DNA of 64,000 nucleotides, taken from the NCBI RefSeq assembly GCF_022539665.2, contig NC_081333.1, forward strand, positions 4,774,001-4,838,000, given 5' to 3'. Positions 26,344-38,529 of the stretch are shown in pieces. This stretch comes from Daphnia carinata. Taxonomy: Eukaryota. Under the pieces are notes generated by a model. It was not told where the DNA came from. It did not search any database and saw only the letters and a list, made by a program, of their open reading frames with translations. A program made the translations under genes and the position numbers. Positions within the stretch are counted from its first letter, which is position 1. Each line of letters opens with the position of its first letter.

Positions 26344-27113
26344 GTTGAGAAGCTGATAGTACGTTTGAGACAGTTGGGTAACTGATGCTCTTTCTGCCAT
26401 TCGCTCTCACTTAAATACCGTAGAACGATTTCTTTGTTGCACTTCATTTCTGTTTACCTTTGCCTTGCTCAAATGAGGAAAATGTTTGATTACGCTAAAA
26501 AATGGAGAAAGGAAAAGTGTTTCGCACCTTTCCATTATAAAAACGAACTATACTACAGATGAACTACATCATTATTCGGTAATGACCTCGATCAGGATTT
26601 CATCATGGTCAACGGGTAAGTCCATCGAAAAACGGGATTTTCCCTGTTGTGTCTATACCGGACACTTTCGAGAATATCCTACCTCTCAGTTCTGTGACCC
26701 ACTCTATGAATAGGTGTCAGTCCAACGAAAGGGGGTACTATTAACTTGATTGTATATCGACTTTCAAAAAAATTATCCAATGAAATCAGCATTGAGCTCT
26801 AAATAATTTATTTGACAAAGCAGCGCCCCAACTGAGAGAAACGACACAACAATGAATTTATGGCACAGGGCCACAAACTTTGCTCGTAAGTTACCGGTTA
26901 TCCTCCAACTCTGTGATGCCTAACGTACTTGTTCCAGAATAACTCCTATCCAGTTAGACGATCACTTTCCATCAAACTGTGTTTGGAAATGTTCCACATC
27001 CCACAATTGCCCTGCATTATCCTCACTATCAAAATTCGGTATAAAAGTCGGGATCGAATTGACTTAAACCATCAGTCATCAAACTGTTTCAAGCAACACA
27101 CTTCTCCTGCAAC

Positions 27114-27754
27114 ATGAAGGTAAACGACACTTTTACTTTCAATTGCCATCTGCTGCCATTATACTGGAAAGTATATTCAATTTACTATACCTACAGTTCT
27201 TCATTCTCGCCGCTGTTTTCGCCATTGCCGCCGCTGATTCCTACAGGACTGCAGAATACGCACCGAAGTACGTGGCTCCTAGATATGAATCCCCTAAATA
27301 CGAGGCCGCTTCATACCGCGAAGTTTACTATGAGGTAAGTTAAGATTAGAACACGTTTCTTTTTATGTGACGTATTTAATTCGGATTCAAATGAATTGTT
27401 TAGGCTCAACCTTACGATTTTGGGTACTCCGTGAAAGATGCTGAATACTACACTGATTTCGATCACTCCGAGAGAAGCGACGGTAAAGTCACGACTGGCT
27501 CTTACCGCGTTCAACTTCCAGATGGTCGCACTCAGATCGTCACGTACAGAGCTGATAGCTACGGCTACACGGCTGATGTCAAGTATGAGGGCGAAGCGAA
27601 ATATCCCGAATACGTTCAGTCCAAATACAACACGTACTCTGCCCCAGCCTACAAGGCACCGGCTGCTCCCGTTTACTCTGCGCCAGCATACAGAGCTCCG
27701 GAATACAGAGCTCCGGCCTACAAGGCCCAAGCGTACACCGCTCCAGCCTACTAA
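27114..27754 (+). CDS. R&R (RR-2-like) cuticle protein, 3 exons
   Basis: MK / FFILAAVFAIAAADSY... / AQPYDFGYSVKDAEYYTDFDHSERSDGKVTTGSYRVQLPDGRTQIVTYRADSYGYTADVKYEG, then an AP/Y-rich tail. Confidence 0.92.
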
Positions 27755-27995
27755 CCTTTCACTTGCACTACCCCCACTGCCCCGCCAAACATTAGATGCT
27801 AAAATATTGCTGAATATTATTTAATAAATGACTCCCGCAAGAGGTCTGATTACGCAACACAAAACTAGTTTACTTCATTTCACTGGTTGCTTCAAAGTAA
27901 GCGCCATATCTTTGTTTTCAATGTATTGTTCAACTATTTAACTAATTGCATGAATGTCAAGCGTACTTCATGCGATTGGAAAAGCATTGGAGTTT

Positions 27996-28116
27996 TCGCT
28001 AGTGGCACGCTTGGTAAGCGCATGGTACTTATACTAACAGTAATCATATGTGCGTTCGAAACATGCAATTAATGTTAGTAACGCTGAGGTCGCAAGTTCG
28101 ACCCGCGCTATCGGAA
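27996..28116 (+). pseudogene. Degenerate intron-containing tRNA-Ile(UAU) copy
   Basis: AGTGGCACGCTTGGTAAGCGCATGGTACTTATA-intron-ACGCTGAGGTCGCAAGTTCGACC. The TAT anticodon is retained but the acceptor and T stems are mispaired. Confidence 0.75.
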
Positions 28117-28894
28117 ATTGAAGTTTTGCCCATATCTTCTGAACTGATTCATTAATTTTGCTTTTCTAATGGTTCAACGAGGAAGTATGTGAGTAGCATA
28201 GGAAAGCGGAGTATCTTATTTTCGGTAATATCATTAATCCTCAACGCCCTAGACAAGCGATGCCACAACAGTTTGTTTCTTGAGGTTTGAATACTTCAAA
28301 GTAATTGGAATTACTCAATAATGCCGATGCTAATGTTTTAGACATACGACGTATATAAAGATCTCAAGTTAGACGTGTGGCAGTTAGAAACCCATCAAGT
28401 TCGACAGTTGTTCAGACGAACATTCATCTGATGGCTCGTTCTATGTTATCTTTAGGATTTGTTCCGCTTTTCGTGGAGATCAGAAAGTGGTGGGACTCCT
28501 CCACGAATCATGATGAAATCATTCTACACATATAGAATAAAATAAGGAGCTCAAAGACCTATTTGTTGTACTTCGCAAGCAAAGCAAGCAAAGGTTTAAA
28601 CATCCTGTAGTCTCAAATGACGAAACGGGAAATGCTTGTGTTGAATTTAGGTAAAAAACGTCCCATGTCGTTCAAAACATACGGAATTCCTACTAATTAG
28701 GAAGCTAATTTACATTCACTTTGTAACCGAAACGTTCATTTTCAAACTTTTCCCGTTTTTATGACTGATGACTTGTGCTTTTTTGCAGCTATACAATCAA
28801 TAAGGACATTGTCCTTTTGTTTTAATATAGTTTATTAATAGGCCAATTTTTAATATCACATTTCTTGATCGTAAATATTTCAGAATTTAGTGGC

Positions 28895-29570
28895 TTAGTA
28901 GTCGCGGGCAACGTTAGCGGAAGTCCTGTAGATTGGGCCGGTTGCGGGAGCGGTGACAACACTAGCAGTGTAAACTGGTGTGGAGTAAGCCGGTGCGGAA
29001 TAGGCCGGTGCGGAGTAAGCCGGTGTGGAGTAAGCCGGTGCGGAGTAAGCCGGTGCGGAGTAGGCCGATGCGGAGTAGGTGGCAGCAGGGTACTTGGCTT
29101 CGCCTTCGTACTTGACATCAGCCCTATATCCGTAGCTATCAGCTTTGTAGGTAACGATTTGAACACGACCGTCGGGCAGGAGGACTCGGTAAGTGCCAGT
29201 GGTTACCTGACCATCGCTGCTCTGAGCGTGGGAGTAGTCGCTGCCATAACCATCGTTGACGGCCCAGTTGAAAGCGTATGGCTGGGCGGCCTATACATGG
29301 AAAGGGCAATCGTTCCTTTAGAAACGGATGGGAACTGATGGAGACAAAAGCTATTCAGACTCACGTATTCCCTGGTCTCGTAAGTTGAAGCCGTGTAGGA
29401 AGGTCTATTGTAAGAGGAAGTTGGATAAGTTGAGCCAGGATAGGCGGAATTGGCTGCAGCGACAGCGATCAAGGCGACGAGTACGACGAGCTTGAAAATT
29501 GAAAATATAGTTTATTAGAATTCAACAATAATTTCAAACCACAGTATTGCACAGTCAATTTCACCTGCAT
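28895..29570 (-). CDS. R&R (RR-2-like) cuticle protein, 3 exons
   Basis: MQ / LVVLVALIAVAAANSAYPGSTY... / PYAFNWAVNDGYGSDYSHAQSSDGQVTTGTYRVLLPDGRVQIVTYKADSYGY, then 15-nt YSAPA repeats. Frame open. Confidence 0.9.
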
Positions 29571-30432
29571 GTTGAGAGTAGATAAAATAATAGAAGCAGT
29601 TGAGTAACTGATGCTCTTTCTGCTATTCGCTCGTCCTTAAATACTTTGGAGAGATGTCTTTGTTGCATTCACCTGTGTTGCCTTTTGCTGTGTTCCAATG
29701 AGGAAAACATTTGATCATGCCAGAAAAAATGGAGAAAGGAAAAGTGTTTTGTTACTTTCTATTAAAAACGGACTCTACTACAGGATCCAACACCATTTTT
29801 TTTGGCAACGTTCTTGATAAAGATTTCTCCAAGGTCACTGAAGAAGTCCTTTAAAACGGGGCTTTCCCAATTGTGTTCTACATATCCGTAGCAGACTTTC
29901 CAGAAAATCTAAGCTCCATATAGCAATTTGGCGCATTCGCTGAACACATGCCTCTTCAACAAAGGGTAGTAGCAACTTGATTGGGAACGACTCCCAACAA
30001 GATCATATTGTGAATTAAGGTTATACAATAAATAGCACACCAGATGACGATTCGATAACAGGTGGATGTTACGAGGTCTTACCGTGTTCCGAAGTCTTGC
30101 CGAAATCGTTGAAATAGGTTAGCCAATTGAAAATCGAATTTGATTTTCAAATATCAGAGAAACGACATAACAATGAGTTTATGGCACAGGGTCACAACCG
30201 TAACTTGTAAGTAACTCGTTTTGGCTCAAGTTCAGAACCAACTAACGTAGACTACTGGTTCCAGAATCTCCCCTAACCTGAGTACTGTCATTTTACATTC
30301 AGCTGACCTTGCAAATGTGCCACATCCTACAATTGGCCTCCTTACTTTTTACGTTCAATATAAATATCGCGATCGAATCAATTAAAACCATCAGTCTTCA
30401 AACTGTTCCGAGCAATTCACCTCTTCTTCAAA

Positions 30433-31685
30433 ATGAAGGTGAGAAGCAATTTGATTTTTCAATTGTTACCTGCTGCCATATACTAGAAGCACATATACAT
30501 TTAATTTTTTGTATCACCAGTTCTTTATCCTCGCCGTTGTCTTTGCTATTGTCGCCGCTGATTCCTACAGCACCGCAAAATACGCACCAAAGCACGTGGC
30601 TCCTAGATATGAAGCTCCTAAATACGTTGCCGCTTCATACGGCGAAGTCAACTATAAGGTAAGCTACGATTAGAATATGTTTTTTTATCTGGCGCATTTA
30701 AATTGGATTCAAATGAATTGTTTAGACGGAACCTTACGAGTTTGGGTACTCCGTGAAAGACGCTGAATCCTACGCCGATTTCGATCACTCTGAGAAAAGC
30801 GATGGCAAAGTCACGACTGGCACTTACCGCGTTCAACTGCCCGACGGTCGTGTTCAAATCGTTGCCTACAAAGCCGATAGTTATGGCTACTCGGCTGATG
30901 TTAAGTTCGTAGGCGAAGCCCAGTATCCCGAATACGTGCAATCCAAATACAACACGTACTCTTCACCAGCCTACAAGGCACCGGCTGCTCCCGTTTACTC
31001 TGCCCCAGCCTACAAGGCACCCGCTGCTCCCGGTTACTCTGCCCCAGCTTACAAGGCACCCGCTGCTCCCGTTTACTCTGCCCCAGCCTACAAGGCACCC
31101 GCTGCTCCCGTTTACTCTGCCCCAGCCTATAAGGCACCCACTGCCCCCGTTTACTCTGCCCCAGCCTACAAGGCACCAGCTGCTCCCGTTTACTCTGCCC
31201 CAGCCTACAAGGCACCCACCGCTCCCGCTTACTCTGCCCCAGCCTACAAGGCGCCCGCTGCTCCCGTTTACTCTGCCCCAGCCTACAAGGCACCCGCTGC
31301 TCCCGTATACTCTGCACCGGCATATAAAGCTCCCGCACCCGTTTACCCAGCTCCTCAGTACAAAGCTCCCGAACCCGTTTACCCAGCTCCCCAGTATAAA
31401 TCTCCCGCACCCATTTACCGAGCTCCTCAATACAAAGCCTCTACTACTCCTGCTCCCGTTTACTCGACCTCAGTCTACAAGACTCCGGCCCCTGCCTATC
31501 ATGCACCATCCTATGAAGCTCCGGAATACAAAGCAACCACCACCACTGCTGCTCCAACCACCAAAGTTCCGGAATACAAAGCAACCACCACCACTGCTAC
31601 TCCAGTCTACGAAGCTCCGACCACCGCTGTTTCGGCCTACGATGTCCCAGAATACATCGCTCCTACGTACACTGTCCCAGTCTAG
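30433..31685 (+). CDS. R&R (RR-2-like) cuticle protein with a long AAP/Y repeat tail, 3 exons
   Basis: MK / FFILAVVFAIVAADSY... / TEPYEFGYSVKDAESYADFDHSEKSDGKVTTGTYRVQLPDGRVQIVAYKADSYGY (ORF 30753-31685). Confidence 0.93.
30969..31319 (+). repeat. Coding minisatellite, 9 x 39 bp (AYKAPAAPVYSAP)
   Basis: Near-identical tandem units GCCTACAAGGCACCCGCTGCTCCCGTTTACTCTGCCCCA. Confidence 0.95.
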
Positions 31686-31953
31686 TAACCTTCCACTTAC
31701 ATTACCCCCACTGCCCCTCCCCCCGTCCCGAAATGTTAGATGCTAAAATATTTTTGACGATTATTTAATACATGATGCCCGCATTAAGTTTGATTCCGCA
31801 ACGAAAAATTTATTAATTTCTATTCATTGGTTTTAAGTAAGGATTACATTTTCTTTCCCAATTTTTCCCATTTATTAGAAACAAAAGTTTACGTGAATAA
31901 AATCACGTATACGTTTCTGGTTGCACAGTTAATTATTATGATTCTACACATTT

Positions 31954-32042
31954 TACTTATAAGACAATAACTTCATGTGTTGGTGAAACATGTTGAATGA
32001 AAGTAATGCCGAGATGGCGAGCTCGAACTTTCCCCTGGAGAA
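31954..32042 (+). pseudogene. 3' part of a degenerate tRNA-Ile(UAU) copy
   Basis: TACTTATA-intron-ATGCCGAGATGGCGAGCTCGAACTTTCCCCTGGAGA; the 5' half is lost. Confidence 0.7.
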
Positions 32043-32432
32043 TGTTTCCCCCTGAAAAACATTTTATCTAGTTTAAACACATTGAGATCTGCATTTGGCG
32101 AAATAAAGCTCACCGACTGCCTCCTTTGCAAAGAATGCTGTGACAACAAAGGTGCCTTTTACTTTTCCTTAATTGTTTTGGTATGCAATTATCTTCACAT
32201 GTCTGTCTGTTGCACAATTTCAGCCCTTCATCTGAGTCAACCCGCACCGAGGCATGTTAGACCAATAACTTACCTACAACAGAGCTTACATTAAGTTTTG
32301 TGTGCATAGAGTAAAACACTCTAGAGGTTTCTCAGTTTAAATGCCACCGTGCGGTTTTTTTTTCTTGAAATGTGAAACTTTATTTATCGGTGTGTATGTA
32401 CATTTTAAACGTGTTTTTTTACACTGATTCGT

Positions 32433-32961
32433 TTAGAGAACACCAGCAGCTCTCAAGTCAGCGAGCATCTTGACGACGTGTTCAGGCATTGGTGGAGGTG
32501 TAGGCAAGTGGTCTCCTGTTGCCTGAAACCCATTCTCATCGGCGACCCAGTTGACGGTAATTACAAGGCCATCGGGGGAAGTGTAGGAGTAGGATCCTTT
32601 CGAAACGGTGCCAATATCCTCAGGTTTAGGACCCACCTGTTTCTGACTTCCACTCTCCGAAACTTTGGTTCCATCAGCGCTTTCAAAACTATTTTAACGT
32701 ATAAGATTTAATAAAATTTAATAGTTAAACGGTGTAGTGGAAAAGTGAAACGAAAATCTACTCACGCAAAAGAATAACTGCCATCGGCGTTCATTTCGCT
32801 GTTAGATGACACGATTTCGATGGGCTTCTTATCTCCTTGGGGTGCGGCGAGGGCCACGGCCAACAAAGCGATAGCGATGATCTAGTCAAACATTATTTGA
32901 ATAATTAGTCGAACGATTAAATTGATTGAAATAAGAAAAATATGATACTCACGAATTTCAT
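32433..32961 (-). CDS. RR-1 cuticle protein (endocuticle structural glycoprotein-like), 3 exons
   Basis: MKF / IIAIALLAVALAAPQGDKKPIEIVSSNSEMNADGSYSF / FESADGTKVSESG...GSYSYTSPDGLVITVNWVADENGFQATGDHLPTPPP. Confidence 0.93.
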
Positions 32962-35900
32962 TTTTTGGGGTGAAACGGGTGAATTTCTTTATTAATCTTC
33001 TGTAAACAAACGAAGGAAAGTGTTTGATGTTGGTACCGACATTGGCGTCTTTTTATATTCGGCGGTTGCGTGAAAGTGATGGGAAGACCTTCCGTCACAG
33101 TGGCTCAAGAGAGCGTTCGTCTTTAGCTCCGGGCGTCGTAATATGCAAAAAGCATAATGCACAAAAGTGAAAGTGAAAAAAATAAAACAGAACGAAACAA
33201 AACAAAAACAAAACAGAAACAAAAGAAAAAACAAAACAAAACTGGAAGACATAACATAATTCCTGTATTTATTGCATGAGTTGCATCGACGACAATGCAA
33301 ATTTGTTAAATAAGACAAGGAAAACGCATTTGCATCTGATTTTGATGGAATTTTAAATAACTCTAAATGAATCTATTATTGATTTTATCTACATAAATTA
33401 ATATTCTCTGTTTCGTATGTTAAAATTCCATAAAAGCGAATTTGCAAAGTGAATGCTGTAACGCAGTTAGCGACCCTTCTTTCTTTAAAATGATTAGGCA
33501 ACCATTTATTTTCACCGATTTAAGCTTCTTTTCACTTTCCGATATTTGCAAAATTGGCAAATTCGGCTAACTGGTTTCACCTTGGGTTCTTTTTTATTGC
33601 TACCTGCCTTTTATTAACCATTCCCTCGTACAACTGTAACCTATATAAGGCGTTACCCAAGCCACTTATTCATTCTCGAAAACCATACCGTGCTGGCAAG
33701 AACCAACTCTGTTAAGCTCTCGAAATACACGTAAGTTTGTGTAGTAGTGCTGTCGGTTATGGATGTTTGCATTTAATATCACGATACCGATATAGCACAA
33801 AATGTACCGATGTTATTTAAAAAATATATTTCTCTTCAGCTTCGACTTCCAAGGAGGGGATAAGTAATTCATAGTTCTTTTTTCGCCTTTTCATTCTATC
33901 GACGGCAAGATCACGAGTCCCTGCTTCAATGAATCTATCTTCTTGACATGCTTTGTGGTAATTTTTTATTAAGTAACAATATTCGTTGTTTAAATAAAGT
34001 GTAAGACATGAGACATGTTTTGATGTTAATTTAATATTTTCTTAGTTTTAAAATAGTACTAGGTTAACAAATTAGTTTCTTTTACTTTCGTTCGTTGCGT
34101 GAATAAAATAATTCAATGAAAGGTCAACCTTCTTGACCGAAATTCTTTTAAACGAAACATAATAAACGGGGAAAATACAGAAAAATTTAAGTAAAGACAA
34201 GGCACAATTAATTTTTTTTTCCGTTTCCAAAATGGAATTCATTCAAATTCGAAAGTCACTTAAGAGGCCTCACCAATACGTGTTACAATTTTTTTTCCGT
34301 CTTTCGATGAGGACCCATAGATTTTCTTTATATCCTGACTGTTGCGTATTGTAATGAGGCTTCAAGTTTCAAATGTATGCCGCTAGCTGAGAAGGATTGT
34401 AATGAGAAATGTAGTAAGAAATATAATGAAAAATGTCATGACACAAAGTCTCATCTGCTGCTAGCTGACAAGGCTAACTGACAAGCGTCAGAACTCCATT
34501 CCCGAGACCCTCAAACAGACATGACAGTTGCAATTGGCATGTTTTGCCGAAGGCGACTCAGCATCACGCCATCGTCACGTGATACACCTAGTGAAAGTCA
34601 CCTTCCACGTCCACAAAGAGATTCGTAGGACCTATAAAAGACTAGAATAGCAAGAACCTCGGTAGGGAGTTTACACCAAGACATACATGCAGTTGTTGTA
34701 CCATCAGATTACGTGTACTCATCGTGCGTGTTTGGAATACAAACAGAATTTATTCCACCATGTGTATTTAATTACTTTAACGACTCTCTGTGACCATTAC
34801 ATTTGGTGAACGTGTCTAGCTTTGAACTTCGTTCGAATTTTCCAGGCCGGAACCCTGCAAGCAGCAAAACAAGCACCACTTAGCTAGAAATCACAGACGA
34901 TCGTCTGACGCCTAAAACTTCCCGCGATAAGAGTAAGTCAGTTTATACAAAACGTCAGCTCCATTAAATGAATCTCCGATACCGAAAGAACGTCCAACTA
35001 GACAAAATCTAGGGGACACCAAACATACGGCACAAAAAGTTTACCCTACTTTAGAGATCGAACAAAGGACGGAACTCTCAGATGAAGTTTGAATAGTTCC
35101 TGTTAAACGAACTAGAAGTGCTGGATAAAGTGATGAGGAAAATCAATTAAACAAGTATTAGTCAAACGAAAATCTACCCAGTAAAAAGACAAACAAATTG
35201 GCAGAGGAAAGAAACTTCCTTAAAACTGCAGCAATAGGAATCCAAGAGTCGATAAAATAATGCAAAATAGAATTAGAATCTGCAAAAGATAAGAACGACA
35301 AAATAGCTAAAATCACGTTTCAACGAAAAGGACTTAGAATACAAACTAACTCCAGAAAAACTAATAGCGGCCGAAACGAAAATTCAAGAACTTGAAAATC
35401 AAGGACTTGCCTTGATTCAAACAACCAGCATTCACCAGCAGGCAATCGAATTCCAAGCACAAAACTTAACCCACCAATTAAAACAGACTCAGAGAAAGAG
35501 AAATACAAATTTCCATTCTAACAAAAAAGACACAAGACGTACAGTTACTAGAAACCACTATTTAAAAACTAGGAACCGAACATTCATCAGTAAAAACTAA
35601 ATTAGTGAAAGAAAAAGCCAAACGCCGAAACGAATTAGAAAGCTAAAACTAAGAGAAGGACAGCTCCTCGAGGAAGGAACCAGTCCATTAAAGAAATTTA
35701 GCGTTACCCAAACAGAATTTGACAAATTGCATTAAGTCACAAAGCTCTCGAAACTAAAAACATTGAGCAAGAAAAATAAACCCACACGCTACAAACGGGA
35801 CACAAAAAGATAATTCTCAATTTAACAGAAAAGAACCAACATATTTCAAACTTATTGCAAACCATAGAAGTAAAGCAGACAGAGCTAGAATTATTTAAAA

Positions 35901-36025
35901 AGGAACAAATATAACAGAAACAATTCGAAAATCCAACTAGAAAATAATCAACTTAAACAGGAATTAAACTTCACCCATCAAACTCGCAAAACCTTCAACA
36001 GAATCAGAACCGCCAAGCGCACGTA

Positions 36026-37567
36026 ATGTCTTCGTTGCAATCAACAAACCAGTTTTTGGAGGACAAGTTGAGAGCACTCCAACTGAGCCTTACGATCGCC
36101 GCATGCCTTAACAAGCTCGAATTGTCAGATCACAGCCTTGCGCTGAATAATCGAAAAAATGTGCCATTAGAAAACGAGTTATCAGAACTAACACAGGTCT
36201 TACAGCAAGAACGACAGTCTACTGACAAAGCAGCTAATCTAGATTTAGAAAAGGGAAATGTAAAACGAAATCTGGAAGCATTTATTCGTGAAAACCACGA
36301 ATTAAGGGAACAAGGAACGAATATAGAAGACGATAACGATACCATAGGTAGGACTCAAACCCCACCCACTGAAACGACAGCGAATGATGACATTCGAGCC
36401 CTGGCAACATTAATTAGTCGAGGAGATGAAACCCAGAATATACCCATATACAGTGGGAATGTAAATGACCAACTGATAGGAGTACGGTTGCGCGTCGCGG
36501 AAGCAATAGCTACAATCCATGAATGGCCTCAAGAGTTCATCAAGATGATCCTGGCAACTCGCCTAAAATGAACGGCACTTCAATGGCATAAAGAGAGACT
36601 AACAGAAATTCCAAGAGAAACGTATAACGACTGGAGGAACGCGTTGAAAGAAGATTGTAAGCACTCAGCAGATAGAGCCCAACAAAAAAGAAAATTTTAT
36701 TCCCTTAAACAATCTCCAAATCAACCAGTTAGACATTTTATAGACAAAATTACGAAGGCCTATAACATGATTTACATGGAGAGCGGCGAGGAAGCGCAAG
36801 CTCCGAATAACGAACTAACAGCGCTTGAAAACGACACTTTAATAAAAGTGTTACTAGATGGATTACTTCCACCTATTAAAACAATACTTTTGTATTGTAA
36901 GTATCCTAGCACACCAAATTGGCAAAACATCGCAAAAGCAGCCCTAGAAGCGGAAGACATCGCTTACAACACGCAAGCATTAGAACCCAAACCCGTGTTT
37001 AGACTTGAAAAACAGAAACCAGTAAGCGATATGGAAGCGGAATTAGTAAAACTACAACGAGAAGTGGAAGATTTAAAAAACAACCTGATGAAAATAAATC
37101 TATCAGGTACAAACCCAAAATTGGAACAAGAACCGTTGCTAAGCATTGTTGACACGTACCAACAAGGTAGGAACCCATCTAGACAAAATATCGTTCAATG
37201 GGAAGATAGATACCCATCTAGAGATAGCTCATACGGTAGAAACTGCCATGATCGATCGTACAAAGAAGATCGCGATAGATACCATAATAGGAACCGTTCC
37301 GAGTCCCGCGACAGGTCCGCTAGTCGTGGAAGATTTCAGAATAGCACCTACAAACAAAGGGAAAGAAGCGATTCCAGGACAAGGTCGTACAGTGGAAGAC
37401 GAAGGCCTAAGAGCCCGCACCTTCCCTTTGATCCGCCTAAAAAACGAAATTCGTTTAAGAATAATAAGGCGGATCCCATAACTTGCCACAGATGCCTTAA
37501 TAGAGGGCACATCGCGAAAAATTGTCGGATAAAAAATCCGAAACGATTCCTAACAAAAACGGAATAG
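36026..37567 (+). pseudogene. gag: Retrotransposon gag (coiled-coil N-terminus, capsid-like region, CCHC zinc knuckle), interrupted by a stop
   Basis: IPIYSG, LATRLK*TALQWH, LKQSPNQPVRHFI, LLDGLLP, an RS-rich linker and CHRCLNRGHIAKNC. In-frame TGA at 36569-36571. Further degenerate coiled-coil sequence from ~35000. Confidence 0.85.
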
Positions 37568-37630
37568 GGAAGACAAAGCAAACATGTAAACTAATTTGAA
37601 TACCCGTAGAATTTAGCAACCAGAAATCCC

Positions 37631-37880
37631 AAGCCTTAGTAGAGGCTGGAGCAGCAGCCAGTATAATATCGTCAGAAAACTTTGCTCTGTAACCCCCTTA
37701 GGCAATTTTAGTTGAGTTAGAACCCAGATACAGACAATCATTTATATTGGCGTCAGGGACTGTCATGTAATCTTTAGGATACTTTACATTAAGTATTAAA
37801 TTAGCTCTGAACTTTGTCTTACAACATGATTTCTTCGTAGTACCAGAAGCCTAGGAAGGATGTATTTTAGGACTTTGTCA
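37631..37880 (+). pseudogene. Degenerate retropepsin (aspartic protease) remnant
   Basis: ALVEAGAAASII (LVDTGA-like, with D replaced by E) and QHDFFVVPEA*EGCILGL. Confidence 0.7.
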
Positions 37881-38021
37881 AGAAATGCAAAACAAAAATT
37901 GATGTAGCTAATAAAATACCAATAATAGTACCGAACAGAGTAGAAACCGTAATTAGTCTTAGAAAAGTATTAACCCCTATTTATAGCGTTAAAGAAAACT
38001 AAACTATTACATTCGAATTAC

Positions 38022-38529
38022 CCCACTGTAGGAAAAGATGGTTGGTCCCTACACCCATTCCAAGATTGCTTTTGGAATGGGCAATATTTCAATTTTAACG
38101 ATAAAACGTATTCCTGGATAAATGACTAATCGAAAATCCAAGAACCACTTATCCATGTTTTAAAACTAAATTTGATTAAAGCCTTCGAGGAATTACTTCT
38201 GAAATCGTACGATTATCGACCCCAACATCAAACAATGTATGAGACAAATAACGTCGACCAGTTAAACGTTCTTAATGAACTAACCAGTCGCATTCAACAA
38301 CCCAATAGTAATTCACTTTCTGGATTAGTGTGAAACAAAAAAGCCCAAAATAACTTATGGGACATTACAACCTTCATGTCCATATTTAAATATGGTACAC
38401 TAGCAGTAGGCATGCTAACACTCACCATAATTCTTAGCTATGTTTGTGTTGTATGTATTACATTTACTACTATAATTAACTCTTGTAAAAAAGAAAAAAA
38501 AACCAGGATATTGAACAAGAAATTCTGAT
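38022..38529 (+). pseudogene. Env-like type I membrane protein C-terminal remnant
   Basis: One frame with two stops: PTVGKDGWSLHPFQDCFWNGQYFNFNDKTYSW...QLNVLNELTSRIQQ...LWDITTFMSIFKYGTLAVGMLTLTIILSYVCVVCITF...CKKEKK. It lies at the ORF3 position before the 3' LTR. Confidence 0.6.

Noticed and set aside
30901..31430. CRISPR-like array or antisense repeat proteins
   Set aside because: The repeats are contiguous with no unique spacers; this is a coding minisatellite, and the antisense ORFs are shadows.
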